Shown: positions 22,604 to 32,259, numbered from the stretch's first letter. The stretch is 64,000 bases of DNA from Candidatus Lindowbacteria bacterium RIFCSPLOWO2_12_FULL_62_27 (GCA_001784175.1 MFPR01000043.1:124001-188000); one strand, 5' to 3'. Notes: generated by a model from the letters alone, not told the origin. Made by a program: numbers and translations.

Positions 22604-23658
22604 CTCCGCGCCCCCAGCACGCGCGTGATTTCCCGCTCGTTCACGGGGCGGATCACGCCGGCGTCGGTGATGATGGCCGCGATGAGCCTGGCCGGCGTCA
22701 CGTCGAAGGCCGGATTGAATGCTTGGACGCCCTTCGGGGCCGTCCGGCCGGCGACCGAGCCGGTGATCTCGATCGCGTCCCGCTCCTCGATCGGGATCTC
22801 CTGGCCGCTCTTCAGCGTCAAATCGAACGTCGTGGCGGGCGCGGCGACGTAGAACGGGACGTTGTGGAATTGCGCGTGAATCGCGAGGGCGTACGTCCCG
22901 ATCTTGTTGGCCGTGTCGCCGTTTCGGGCGATCCGGTCGGCGCCGACGATCACGGCGTCCACCGGGAGACGCGAAAAAAGGGTGGCGGCCATGTCGTCCG
23001 CCATCAGCGTGACGTCGATTCCGTGATGCATGAGCTCAAACGCGGTGAGCCGCGCGCCCTGGAGCAGCGGCCGGGTCTCGTCCGCAAATACGCGGATGCC
23101 CTTTCCCATCCGCGCGGCTTCGTAGATCACGCCGAGGGCCGTACCCATCCCGCCCGTCGCCAGCACGCCCGCGTTGCAGTGCGTGACGACCGTCGCGTGG
23201 TCCGGCAACAGCCGGGCGCCGTTGCGGGCAATCGCCGCGCAGCGTTCCATGTCGTCCTTGTGGATCGCGACGGCCGCGGATTCGAGCGACCGGATCGCGT
23301 CCTTCACACCGGCATCCGGTGGAAGACGCCGAAACGCCTGGCGCATCCGCTCAAGCGCCCAGAAAAGGTTCACGGCGGTCGGCCGCGTCCCTCGCAGAAG
23401 CTCGATGTCCTCCTCCAGGCCTGCCTCCAGCGACTTCGCCGGCCCGCCCTTCACGCGTCCGGCGCGTACCTTGAGCGCGAGGACGACGCCGTAGGCCGCC
23501 GCGATGCCGATGGCCGGCGCGCCCCGCACCGCCAGCGTGCGGATGGCGTGTGCGACGTCGGAGACTTTTTGAGGTTTGAAATAACGAATTTTCCCGGGAA
23601 GTTTTCTCTGATCCAACAAAGTCAGGCGGCCGTTGGACCAGCGGATGGGTTTTAGCAA
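22600..23658 (-). CDS. mtnA: S-methyl-5-thioribose-1-phosphate isomerase
   Basis: VRGAPAIG, RPTAVNL, THCNAG, DETRPLLQGARLT, NKIGTY. Confidence 0.97.
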   Translation of the reverse strand: MLKPIRWSNGRLTLLDQRKLPGKIRYFKPQKVSDVAHAIRTLAVRGAPAIGIAAAYGVVLALKVRAGRVKGGPAKSLEAGLEEDIELLRGTRPTAVNLFWALERMRQAFRRLPPDAGVKDAIRSLESAAVAIHKDDMERCAAIARNGARLLPDHATVVTHCNAGVLATGGMGTALGVIYEAARMGKGIRVFADETRPLLQGARLTAFELMHHGIDVTLMADDMAATLFSRLPVDAVIVGADRIARNGDTANKIGTYALAIHAQFHNVPFYVAAPATTFDLTLKSGQEIPIEERDAIEITGSVAGRTAPKGVQAFNPAFDVTPARLIAAIITDAGVIRPVNEREITRVLGARR

Positions 23659-23676
23659 ATTGAGGAAGACGCGGGA

Positions 23677-24426
23677 TTAATCCAGCAGATGGACCCGCAC
23701 GGGTCGCCGCCCGTAGGCCCGGGCTTCCTCGTGCGTGTCAAAGCACAAATCAATTTTCCGCCCGCGAATGGCGCCGCCCACGTCGCAGGCGATCGCGTAG
23801 CCGTAGCCTTCCACAAAAATCCGGCTCCCCAGCGGGATCACCCGCGGGTCCACGGCCGCAACGCCGTATCCAGCCTTAAGCCCGATGGCCGTGATCCCGT
23901 CTTTATAGGGCCAGCAGTCGCGGATGTCCGGCGAATAGGCGGTGGCGGTCAGGAGGAATGATTTGAGATGGGGGGTCGGTTTTCCTTCGCCGACCAACAC
24001 GACATCGCGGGCCGCGCGCTCACCGCGCCCGCTGAAAATCTTCACGCGCTTGCCGGCGGGAATCCTTCGGCTGAATATTAATTTTTCGTCGACCGGTTGG
24101 TCCGCAAGGTTGGGCTGGTCCCGCCGGACCGCGTCCCGGTCGATGCGAACGGTCACATCCGCGCGGATCGCGGTCGACAGCGGCGGCGTCACGCGGTCCA
24201 GCCGCGAAATCCAGATGCGGCTCTCCAGCAGGCGCTGCTGAAGCGTCATCGGTTCCGACAGGAGATTCACGGAACGGTCGCCGTCCAGGATCCTCACCGT
24301 GTACAGAGTCTCGGCGGGCGGCCGGGAGGCCATGAGGACAAAGGAAACCATCGATATCCCCAACGCCAGCCCGGTTCGGCGAACCGGTCTCTTGAGTTTT
24401 ACGGCGAACCTGAAAAACCCCTCCAC
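23677..24426 (-). CDS. 3D-domain cell-wall protein (YabE/RpfB-like, DUF348 + 3D)
   Basis: ATAYS, AAVDPRVIPLGS, IACDVGGAIRGRKIDL; start uncertain (GTG 24426/24435/24459). Confidence 0.85.
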   Translation of the reverse strand: MEGFFRFAVKLKRPVRRTGLALGISMVSFVLMASRPPAETLYTVRILDGDRSVNLLSEPMTLQQRLLESRIWISRLDRVTPPLSTAIRADVTVRIDRDAVRRDQPNLADQPVDEKLIFSRRIPAGKRVKIFSGRGERAARDVVLVGEGKPTPHLKSFLLTATAYSPDIRDCWPYKDGITAIGLKAGYGVAAVDPRVIPLGSRIFVEGYGYAIACDVGGAIRGRKIDLCFDTHEEARAYGRRPVRVHLLD

Positions 24427-24574
24427 CTTCCTCACCCCTTTCCGCCGGCTGCGCCTCACCGCAGCCGCATAACCACACAAGTGTCCCAAAGACGCCGAGA
24501 GCTTGTCAACCCGCCGGCGAAGAATTATTTTTCGGTGTTGACATTCCCCGAAGTCTGCCCTTACACTGAGTGGC

Positions 24575-26581
24575 ATGTTTGACCGAATCAGGCTTCTGAG
24601 GGAAATTCCCCTCTTTTCGGATCTGGGCTGGTGGGACATCCGGCGCATCGCGGAGAAGGCGGTGCTCGAAAGTTACCAGCGCGGCAAGACCGTCATCTCG
24701 GAGGGACAGCGTGGCTCCGCGTTTTACGTGGTCCTGTCCGGCCGCTGCAGGATTTTCACGAAGGTGAAGACGGGCTTGGAGCGCACGTTCGGGTATCTCC
24801 GGCGCGGAGACGCCTTCGGCGAGGTGTCGCTCCTGACGGGCGAGGACTACTGGGCGACCGTCGCGGTGACGAACGACGCGGTGCTGCTCAAAATCGAGAA
24901 AAGCGATTTCGACCAGCTCCTCCAGAAAAATACCAAGCTCGCCATCAAGTTCGGCGAAAACATCGGCCGCCAGCTCCAGAGCGTCCGCCTCAGCCAGAAG
25001 GAGGCCAAATGGTCCCGGCTGATCGCGGCGTACAGCCCGGGTCTTGCGGACGTGCGCGCGCTGTTTTCGTCGAGCATGGCGGCGAGCCTCGCCCAGGAAA
25101 CGCGGGAGCCCGTCTGCCTGATCGAACTGCGCACCGCCGGCGAGTCGATGCGGACCATGAGCGAGCTGGAGGAGGTCTTGTCCCATGGGGGCCGCGGCGC
25201 GCCCTTTCAGAACGTGTTCCGCCGCCATCCCACCGGATATCACGTGTTGACGCTCCGGATCGACGACGACGCGCGCGGCGAGCGGATTTTTTCCGACCTG
25301 CTCGACCATCTCATCCGCACGTTCAACTACACGGTCATCGACCTGCCCATCACGGTCGGCCGGACGGTCAGCCGGATCATTTCCCAGTGCGACCGGCTGT
25401 ATCTTCTGTCGGACGGCGCGGACGAGGCGCTGAAGACGGCGGCGCAGGTGGCGGAGAGTTTCCGCCGGGAATTTTTGCTGAAACCGGACGATCTGAAAAT
25501 CGTCCTGTGCAACATGGACCACACCGCGCGGCGCAACCTGTCGAGTTTCGAAACCCGGCTGGGCCATCCGGTCGAGGCCGCGTTCGACGCGCTGCCGGAC
25601 AGCGCCCGGAAAATCGGCGCCGACGAGCAGCCCTACGTCCTGGCCCAGCCGACCACGCCCTTCGGCCGCGCGGTCCGGCACCTGGCGCGGGGGCTGTCGA
25701 ACCGGCTGGTGGGATTGGCGCTGGGCGTGGGGGCCGCGCGGGGCCTCGCGCACATCGGGGTGATCCGCGCGCTGGAGCGGGAGAACATCCTGATCGACAT
25801 GATCGGCGGCTCGAGCATGGGCGCCTTCATCGGCGCCATCTGGGCCGTGGGAAAAAACTCGTTCGAGATGGAGGAGATCGCGAACCGCAACCGCGGCCTT
25901 CACGCGTTTTTCAAAAACCTGCTCGATATCAACGTCGGCATGGGATTCAAAAAGGGCGGGTTCATGAAAGGCCAGAAAGCGGCCGCGTTCCTCCACAGCG
26001 TCATCGGCGACGCCAATTTCTCCGATACCCTCCTTCCCATCAAAATCATGGCGACCGACATCAACAGCTACCGCGAGGTCCTCTTCCAGGACGGCAAACT
26101 GGTCGACGCGGTCCGGGCCTCCATCGCGATCCCCGGGATTTTCGAGCCGGTCCGCACCAAGGACTGGATTCTGGTCGACGGCGGCATCCTCAATCCCCTC
26201 CCCATCCTGCCGCTGTCGCGGTCCGGCGTGTCCAAGATCATCGCGGTCAACCCCCTGCCCGGCCCCGAGGACATGCCGACCGGAGGAAAATTCGCGCCGA
26301 GGAGCGCGAATTTCGCCGGGCTGACCTGGGGCGAGCGGATGTTCAAGAAACTGGCGCGGAGATTCAGCGGGAACCTGTTCGACATCATCATGAGCGCGAC
26401 CCAGATCATGGAGTATGTGCTGGCCGAGAGCGTCAAGGACGAGGCCGACGTGGTGATCCGGCCGGTCCTCCGGGACGCCGCGTGGTTCGAGTTCAACGAG
26501 CCGTCCAAATACATCACGCTTGGGATGGAGGAGACCGAGAAGGCGGTCCCCGAAATCAAACAGCTCCTCGCCGGAGGATGA
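24575..26581 (+). CDS. cNMP-binding + ParA/CpaE-like + patatin phospholipase (NTE/RssA-like)
   Basis: FGEVSLL cNMP domain; YTVIDLP; GVGAARG, GSSMG, DGG patatin motifs. Confidence 0.9.
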   Translation: MFDRIRLLREIPLFSDLGWWDIRRIAEKAVLESYQRGKTVISEGQRGSAFYVVLSGRCRIFTKVKTGLERTFGYLRRGDAFGEVSLLTGEDYWATVAVTNDAVLLKIEKSDFDQLLQKNTKLAIKFGENIGRQLQSVRLSQKEAKWSRLIAAYSPGLADVRALFSSSMAASLAQETREPVCLIELRTAGESMRTMSELEEVLSHGGRGAPFQNVFRRHPTGYHVLTLRIDDDARGERIFSDLLDHLIRTFNYTVIDLPITVGRTVSRIISQCDRLYLLSDGADEALKTAAQVAESFRREFLLKPDDLKIVLCNMDHTARRNLSSFETRLGHPVEAAFDALPDSARKIGADEQPYVLAQPTTPFGRAVRHLARGLSNRLVGLALGVGAARGLAHIGVIRALERENILIDMIGGSSMGAFIGAIWAVGKNSFEMEEIANRNRGLHAFFKNLLDINVGMGFKKGGFMKGQKAAAFLHSVIGDANFSDTLLPIKIMATDINSYREVLFQDGKLVDAVRASIAIPGIFEPVRTKDWILVDGGILNPLPILPLSRSGVSKIIAVNPLPGPEDMPTGGKFAPRSANFAGLTWGERMFKKLARRFSGNLFDIIMSATQIMEYVLAESVKDEADVVIRPVLRDAAWFEFNEPSKYITLGMEETEKAVPEIKQLLAGG

Positions 26582-26582
26582 G

Positions 26583-27011
26583 ATGACGCACGCGGAAGAA
26601 CTCGGGCTGGTGGTGGCCGGCGTTGTGTTCCTCACGATCCTGGCGGTGTTCTTGACGTATTGGTACGAATCGCGGCTGGCGGCAAAGGCCGCCCTCATGC
26701 CGCTCGATCCGTCCCAGAAGAATCTCGAAAAGTGGCGGCGGAAACTCGGGATCGATTTCGATCCCAAAAACCCCCGCGATCCCGTCGCGGCCCTCATCGC
26801 GGCCGGCGAATATTTCCGCCTGCCCGGATGCGAACCCGGCGGGCCCTACTATGAGGAAACGTTCCAGCGGGTCCTCCACATGATGGAGGACCTCGTGCCG
26901 CAGGATCGGCTCAACTTCTGGATCGACCAGGTCTACCGACTCTACGGCAGTCAGATGCTCCGGACCAGTTACAAGCCGAAACACGAGGAGGGGAAGACCG
27001 ACAGGAAATGA
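26583..27011 (+). CDS. Hypothetical single-TM protein
   Basis: ATG 2 nt after patatin stop; TM LVVAGVVFLTILAVFLTYW; ATGA overlap with next gene. Confidence 0.7.
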   Translation: MTHAEELGLVVAGVVFLTILAVFLTYWYESRLAAKAALMPLDPSQKNLEKWRRKLGIDFDPKNPRDPVAALIAAGEYFRLPGCEPGGPYYEETFQRVLHMMEDLVPQDRLNFWIDQVYRLYGSQMLRTSYKPKHEEGKTDRK

Positions 27012-28474
27012 ATTCCAATCACCGGCGGGTTCCGCCGCTCGGGGTGGTCCGCGATGTCGTGCACAACTACATCCCGTTCACCGTTTCGGCCGGGTCGCTG
27101 CGGTCGGACGTCAGCGAGAAGACGATCATCGACAGCGAGTGGGTCCAGAGGCTCCGGAAAATTTTCCAGGTCCAGTCCGGATGGCTCGTCTACCCCTGCG
27201 CGGTCCACACGCGGTTCAGCCACGCCCTCGGCGCCATGCACCTCGCCGGCCGGATGGCCGGGCGGCTCTATGACGATTTCAAGTCCGCGTTCCCCGGAGC
27301 GCCGGTCCCGGAAAAAAATCATGTGGTGGAGGTCTTCCGCCTCGCGGGGCTCCTCCACGACGTCGGGCACGGGCCGCTGTGTCACGTCATGGACGACGTG
27401 TATACGCACAAATATTACCGCAAGACCCACGAGGACATTTCGGCGCGGATCATCGAACGGCGGCTCGGCGAGATGATCTCGAAACTCCGCTGGTCCCCGG
27501 TCGGTCCCTTTGAAACGCCCATCGACCCGAAAACGGTGATCCGGTTCATCAAGCAGCCCCGCAAAATGACCGGCGCGCCCGTCTGGGAACAGGTCTTCGC
27601 CAAAATAATGCTCGGTGTCGCCAGCGCCGACGCCATGGATTTCCTACTCCGCGACCGCGCCTTCTCGGGGGCCCGGGAGATCGGCGAAATCGACTGCACG
27701 CGCATCGTGTCGGAACTCCGCGTCACCCGGCAAGGCCTCACGCTCACCAAGGCGGGCCTGCCGGCGTTCCGGAGTTTCCTGCAGGCCCGGTTCGCCGCGT
27801 TTAGGCACATCTATTATCACGAAAAAAAAGTGTTGTTCGACATGGCGTTCGGCGAGCTTCTCGAAAAAGTGCTCCGGATCCGGCGGTTCGGGGACCCGAC
27901 CAAACACCTCAAGCGGTTTTTGAACCTCACCGATTTTTTTCTCCACGTCGACGTTCCTCAATGGCAGTACGGCCAGAACCGGGTGCGCCGGTCGATCGGA
28001 AAACTCTGGAATGACATGCTGGCCGAGCGCGTGGTGCCGTACGTGAAGGTGTACGAAGTCGAGCGGGTCTACAAGTCGTCTTCTGACGTGTCGTCGACGA
28101 TCGAGAAGGGGATTCTGGAAAAGGACCTCGAGCTGCGGTTTCCACGGGAGTCCGGCGTCCGGCCCGTCGTCAGCCGCGTCGACATCCGGCCCGCTTACAC
28201 GTTTCTCGAGTACACCAGCGAGGAGGACTTCCGGCAGTACGACAACCTCAAATCGCTCGCCCTCCTGGACGAACCCGGCGGCGAGTTCTGCGGGCCCTTC
28301 GGCAACGCCGCCCTCGACGACGTCCCGATGCGCTACGAGGTCGTCCGCGTCTATGCGCCGGCCGGCGCGCGGCTCCGGCGGCCCGAGGCCGTGGCGCCAA
28401 CCCAGATGGGCCTGCCGCTCGACGGCGGGTATCCGGACGAATCGGCGGTGCGGGAAAGTATTACGAGTATGTGA
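27008..28474 (+). CDS. HD-domain phosphohydrolase, SAMHD1/dNTPase-like
   Basis: QRLRKIFQ, HTRFSHALG, LLHDVGHGPLCH, ADAMDFLLRD, IYYH. Confidence 0.9.
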   Translation: MNSNHRRVPPLGVVRDVVHNYIPFTVSAGSLRSDVSEKTIIDSEWVQRLRKIFQVQSGWLVYPCAVHTRFSHALGAMHLAGRMAGRLYDDFKSAFPGAPVPEKNHVVEVFRLAGLLHDVGHGPLCHVMDDVYTHKYYRKTHEDISARIIERRLGEMISKLRWSPVGPFETPIDPKTVIRFIKQPRKMTGAPVWEQVFAKIMLGVASADAMDFLLRDRAFSGAREIGEIDCTRIVSELRVTRQGLTLTKAGLPAFRSFLQARFAAFRHIYYHEKKVLFDMAFGELLEKVLRIRRFGDPTKHLKRFLNLTDFFLHVDVPQWQYGQNRVRRSIGKLWNDMLAERVVPYVKVYEVERVYKSSSDVSSTIEKGILEKDLELRFPRESGVRPVVSRVDIRPAYTFLEYTSEEDFRQYDNLKSLALLDEPGGEFCGPFGNAALDDVPMRYEVVRVYAPAGARLRRPEAVAPTQMGLPLDGGYPDESAVRESITSM

Positions 28475-28478
28475 GGCC

Positions 28479-30191
28479 TTATTTTCTGACCAGCAGGTTT
28501 TCGATCACCAGCGCGTCCATGCCTGACCGCGCAAACGTCCGGTAGGCGTTTTCCGGCGTGCAGACGATCGGCTCGCCTTTGAGATTGAACGATGTGTTGA
28601 GCACCGCGGGCACGCCGCCGGCCTGGCCGAACCGGCGGATCAGCTCGTGGTACCTCGGGCTTTCCTCGCGGTAGACGCACTGCAGGCGGCCGCTCCCGTC
28701 CACGTGCGTGATCGCGGGCAGGCGGTCCCGCGCCGATTCGCGCACCGGCACGACATAGAGCATGAACCGCGCCGGATGGTGGGCCGCCGGGTTGGGAAGT
28801 TCGAAATAGGTTTCGGCCGATTCGACCAGCACGCTCGGCGCGAACGGCCGGAACGCTTCACGGAACTTGATGCTCCGGTTCACCACGTCCTTCATCTCCG
28901 GCCGACGCGGGTCGGCGAGGATCGACCGATGGCCCAGCGCCCTCGGTCCCCATTCGCTCTCGCCTTCCATCCAGCCCACCACTTTTCCGGCCATCAAAAA
29001 CTCCACCACACGGTCCAGGAGCGCGCCGTTCGGATCGGAAAATGTTTCGTATCGGATTCCTTCGCTGTCGAAAAAGGCTTTTGCATCCGCCGCCGAATAC
29101 GACGGCCCGAGATGCGCGTGATTCATGACGTAACGCTCTTTCCCCCCGAGCAGCGCGCGGTAGGCGTAGAGCGCGGCGCCGACGGCCCCGCCGGCGTCGC
29201 CGGCGGCCGGCTGGATGTAGACGTCGTCGAATCCGGACTGAAACCGGATCTTGGCGTTCGCGACGGAATTGAGCGCGACGCCGCCGGCCATGCAGAGGTT
29301 GCGCATTCCGGTTTTGGCGTGGAGAGACCGCGCGATTTTGATGAGAATCTCCTCCGTCACCACCTGGATGCTGGCGGCCATGTCCGCGTAATAGGGGTCG
29401 AGCGTCTTGTCGACCGTCTTCGGATCGCGCGGGGTCCCGAAGACATCGAGAAATTTCCGGCTGTAGCTCGTGTCGTGCGTGCGATGGAACGCGAAGTAGT
29501 CCAGATCGAGCCAGAACGATCCGTCGTTCTGGATTTTGACCACCTTGTAAATCTTGTCCACGTATTTCGGTTGCCCGTAGGGCGCCATCCCCATGACTTT
29601 GTATTCGCCTTCGTTCACCTCGAACCCGAGAAAGGCGGTGAAGGTACTGTAGAGAAGGCCGAGGGAGTGGGGAAAGCGGATCTCCTCGTTCAGACGGATA
29701 TCGGCGCCGCGCGCGACGCCGGTGGTCGTCGTCGTCCACTCCCCGACGCCGTCCACGGTGAGGATCGCCGTCTCGTCAAAGGGCGAGCAGAAGTAGGCGC
29801 TGGCCGCGTGCGACAGGTGGTGCTCCACGTACAGGATCTCGCCGTCGTACCGCAGATGCTCCCGGATGATCGCCTCCATCCAGAGCTTTTCGCCCAGCCA
29901 CGTCGTCATCGCGCGGGCGAATAGGCCGGAACTGCGGGGAAACGTCGCCAGGTTCATTCTGACGATCCGCTCGAATTTCGTGAACGGCTTTTCGTAGAAT
30001 ACGACATGGTCGATGTCGCGGATGGTCAGCCCGGCCTTCCGCAAGCACCACTGCGCGGCGCGCGCCGGAAATCCCGAATCGTGTTTCTTGCGCGACAGCC
30101 GTTCCTCCTCGGTCGCCGCGACGAGCCGCCCGTCTTGGACGAGGGCGGCGGCGGCGTCGTGATAAAAACAGGACAGACCGAGAATGTTCAT
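28479..30191 (-). CDS. O-carbamoyltransferase (NodU/CmcH/SxtI family)
   Basis: YHDAAA, EEERLSRKKHD, HHLSHAASA, GEYKVMGMAPYG, IKFREAFRPFAP, LNTSFN. Confidence 0.96.
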   Translation of the reverse strand: MNILGLSCFYHDAAAALVQDGRLVAATEEERLSRKKHDSGFPARAAQWCLRKAGLTIRDIDHVVFYEKPFTKFERIVRMNLATFPRSSGLFARAMTTWLGEKLWMEAIIREHLRYDGEILYVEHHLSHAASAYFCSPFDETAILTVDGVGEWTTTTTGVARGADIRLNEEIRFPHSLGLLYSTFTAFLGFEVNEGEYKVMGMAPYGQPKYVDKIYKVVKIQNDGSFWLDLDYFAFHRTHDTSYSRKFLDVFGTPRDPKTVDKTLDPYYADMAASIQVVTEEILIKIARSLHAKTGMRNLCMAGGVALNSVANAKIRFQSGFDDVYIQPAAGDAGGAVGAALYAYRALLGGKERYVMNHAHLGPSYSAADAKAFFDSEGIRYETFSDPNGALLDRVVEFLMAGKVVGWMEGESEWGPRALGHRSILADPRRPEMKDVVNRSIKFREAFRPFAPSVLVESAETYFELPNPAAHHPARFMLYVVPVRESARDRLPAITHVDGSGRLQCVYREESPRYHELIRRFGQAGGVPAVLNTSFNLKGEPIVCTPENAYRTFARSGMDALVIENLLVRK

Positions 30192-30194
30192 GCC

Positions 30195-30434
30195 TTAATA
30201 CGGATGGGCCGCCGTCTCCCGCGTCTCCGTCACCCTCGATCGCGGCACAAAAAAACTGCCGGCCCCGCCGGCCCGCCGGCGCAGCGGGTCGGACAGGAGG
30301 CGCGTGAAAAGCGCGAAGGGGCAGAAGACGGTGAAGTAAAACGCGTAGAGGAGGACCATGAGGAGAAGGGTCCCGCCCTTCATGGAGATTTCGATCCAGC
30401 GCTGCCATGCGCCGCTTTTTGCGCCCTCGTTCAT
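30195..30434 (-). CDS. SxtJ-like small membrane protein
   Basis: YFTVFCPFALFTRLLSDPL motif; 3-nt gap before the carbamoyltransferase. Confidence 0.7.
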   Translation of the reverse strand: MNEGAKSGAWQRWIEISMKGGTLLLMVLLYAFYFTVFCPFALFTRLLSDPLRRRAGGAGSFFVPRSRVTETRETAAHPY

Positions 30435-30508
30435 GCGTGTGCTTTATCCCATCCGGACGCCGGTGTCAATGTTGACAAAGGGGGGGCGCGCGGCGTAGGA
30501 TTCACCTC

Positions 30509-30718
30509 ATGGAAACTCCCGAATCGCCGGCGGAAGGCCCGGGCGTCAGAGAAAAATTCGGTCGGCGCCTCGGCATTTTCCGGTCGCTGCTCTCGTTCCT
30601 CTGGAAAGAGAAACTCTGGTGGATGATCCCCATGATCGTCGTCCTGGGCCTTTTGGCCCTCCTCGTCGGCTCCGTTTCCATGTCCGGCCTCGCCCCGTTC
30701 GTGTACGTGCTGTTCTAG
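30509..30718 (+). CDS. DUF5989 / SxtK-like small membrane protein
   Basis: FLWKEKLWWMIPMIVVL...LAPFVYVLF. Confidence 0.85.
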   Translation: METPESPAEGPGVREKFGRRLGIFRSLLSFLWKEKLWWMIPMIVVLGLLALLVGSVSMSGLAPFVYVLF

Positions 30719-30735
30719 TGTAGAGTTGGTCGCCG

Positions 30736-30843
30736 TCACAACCCGCAACACTCTATCAGCCAGTCTGCGTATAGATCGGTGTCGTTTCGAAAGCCAAAAT
30801 AATCCCATCGGATGTCATTCTCGTATATCCCTTGCGCGCCTGC
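30736..30843 (-). pseudogene. Remnant of an SGNH-type protein of carbamoyltransferase clusters
   Basis: IYENDIRWDYFGFRNDTDLYADWL resembles the D-xx-GFRN segment that precedes GDS in such proteins; no start and early stop. Confidence 0.35.
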
Positions 30844-30844
30844 G

Positions 30845-30882
30845 TCGTCCGGGGCCCGTCGTCCGGGGCCTCGTCCGGGGCC
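30845..30882. repeat. 3x tandem TCGTCCGGGGCC
   Basis: Copies at 30845, 30859 and 30871; the last overlaps the left inverted repeat. Confidence 0.9.
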
Positions 30883-31898
30883 AGACCGTAAGTTGTTAAG
30901 TTGTTCTCTATCTTTTCTAATGTCAGAAGGATATAATACGGCAAATGGAGAGACCAAGGCGAATACGGGTTCCTGAGTTTTACTTCCATGTGACTGCGCG
31001 AGGTAACAACCGACAGCGGATATTTCGGACTGACGCCGACAAGATGGATTACCTTCAGCGACTGGCCAAAGTACTTCCTTCCTTTCAGATTCGGCTCCTA
31101 GTTTACTGCCTGATGACAAACCATCTTCATCTGTTGGTTCAAGATGCTCGTGGCGGGGGCCTGCCATTCGCCATGCAAAAGATCCAGGGTGGATTCGCCC
31201 AAGCTTGGAATCGACGGCGTCGAAGGTCAGGACATGTTTGGGGCGAGCGTTACTATCCGGAGCCGGTGGAATCCGACGAACACCTCATCGGGGGGTCTCT
31301 CTACATGCATACCAACCCGAACGAGGCCGGCATGGTCACGGATGCGAGGGCGTATCGATGGAGCAGCGTGGGAGCTTATACGAGCGGACATTCGGATATC
31401 CCGGTATCGACCGATCTGATTCTTGAACTTTGCGGCGGGCCACGCCGTTACGCGGAATTGCTCAAGGACTCTCAGAGCGCGGCCTACACGAATTCTGGAG
31501 GAGAACATCTGCCCGACGCGACGAAAATTCGGAATCTCTGGACGGCTGGTTCTCCACCGTTTCGCGAACGCGCCGAATCCCTGCTCGAACGCCGTGTCGA
31601 GCGCAGATCGTTCAATCGGCGACCCCGGGGGAAGGGCCTCGATCAGATCATTGCAGAAGTTTGCAGGGAAAAGGACATCGGCGTGGAGGAATTGTCCGGC
31701 CCGAAACGGACCCGGCGAATTTCAGCCGCTAGATCACTTGTGTGCGCATTGGCCGAGCGGGAGGGTATCCCCGCTACCGAAGTCGCCGGCGAACTGCGCC
31801 TGACGAGGTCGGCTGTCACGCAGTTGGCCTCCAAGTCGCATATCGATCCCTTTGTAAGTATTCCGGTTGCGAAACAACTTAACAACTAACGGTCTGGC
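30880..31898 (+). mobile_element. Y1/RAYT-like element bounded by a 26-bp inverted repeat
   Basis: GCCAGACCGTAAGTTGTTAAGTTGTT (30880-30905) versus AACAACTTAACAACTAACGGTCTGGC (31873-31898), one mismatch; lower GC interior. Confidence 0.85.
30945..31889 (+). CDS. REP-associated tyrosine transposase (HUH Y1) with C-terminal DnaA_C-like HTH
   Basis: HVTARGNNRQRIF, YCLMTNHLHLL (HUH), YMHTNP, YRWSS; C-terminus ELSGPKRTRRISAAR...EVAGELRLTRSAV. Confidence 0.92.
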   Translation: MERPRRIRVPEFYFHVTARGNNRQRIFRTDADKMDYLQRLAKVLPSFQIRLLVYCLMTNHLHLLVQDARGGGLPFAMQKIQGGFAQAWNRRRRRSGHVWGERYYPEPVESDEHLIGGSLYMHTNPNEAGMVTDARAYRWSSVGAYTSGHSDIPVSTDLILELCGGPRRYAELLKDSQSAAYTNSGGEHLPDATKIRNLWTAGSPPFRERAESLLERRVERRSFNRRPRGKGLDQIIAEVCREKDIGVEELSGPKRTRRISAARSLVCALAEREGIPATEVAGELRLTRSAVTQLASKSHIDPFVSIPVAKQLNN

Positions 31899-31919
31899 GC
31901 TGACGGGCGGGCGCTGACG

Positions 31920-32259
31920 CCCGCCTCGTCGGCTCCGTCTCCACGTTCCTCGCTTCCATCGCCGCGCATCGGAGTGCCATCCGGATTCCGTCCGTCTCCA
32001 ACGTTTCCATGGATCTCAACAAGGTTGTGTCGGAGGCCACCATCGGCCGTGTGCTGCCCAGAGCTTCCCGCGCCTGTTTCGTCCGAAGCCACTCGTCGAC
32101 GTTCAGCAGGCTTCGATATCCTGTCGCCGGCTGAACCGCGAGCGCCCGAACGATGGTTGAGGTCGGAATCTCCACAGCGGGTCCACGTCCGTCCCGTTGG
32201 ATCGATGCCCAGTGATGCATCTTGAATTTCCTGTTGGCGAAATGGTTGTATGCTCTCAA
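31920..32259 (-). pseudogene. 5' fragment of a DDE (IS4/ISAs1-like) transposase, truncated at the RAYT element
   Basis: RDGRGPAVEIPTSTIVRAL...SLLNVDEWL...SDTTLLRSMETL resembles a transposase N-terminal domain; no catalytic domain. Confidence 0.5.

Noticed and set aside
28479-30718. Saxitoxin or Nod-factor biosynthesis
   Set aside because: Only the widespread sxtI/J/K-like trio is present; no sxtA or nod core genes.
30845-30905. Short repeats as a possible CRISPR array
   Set aside because: 12-bp units with 0-2 nt between them, no unique spacers, no cas genes.
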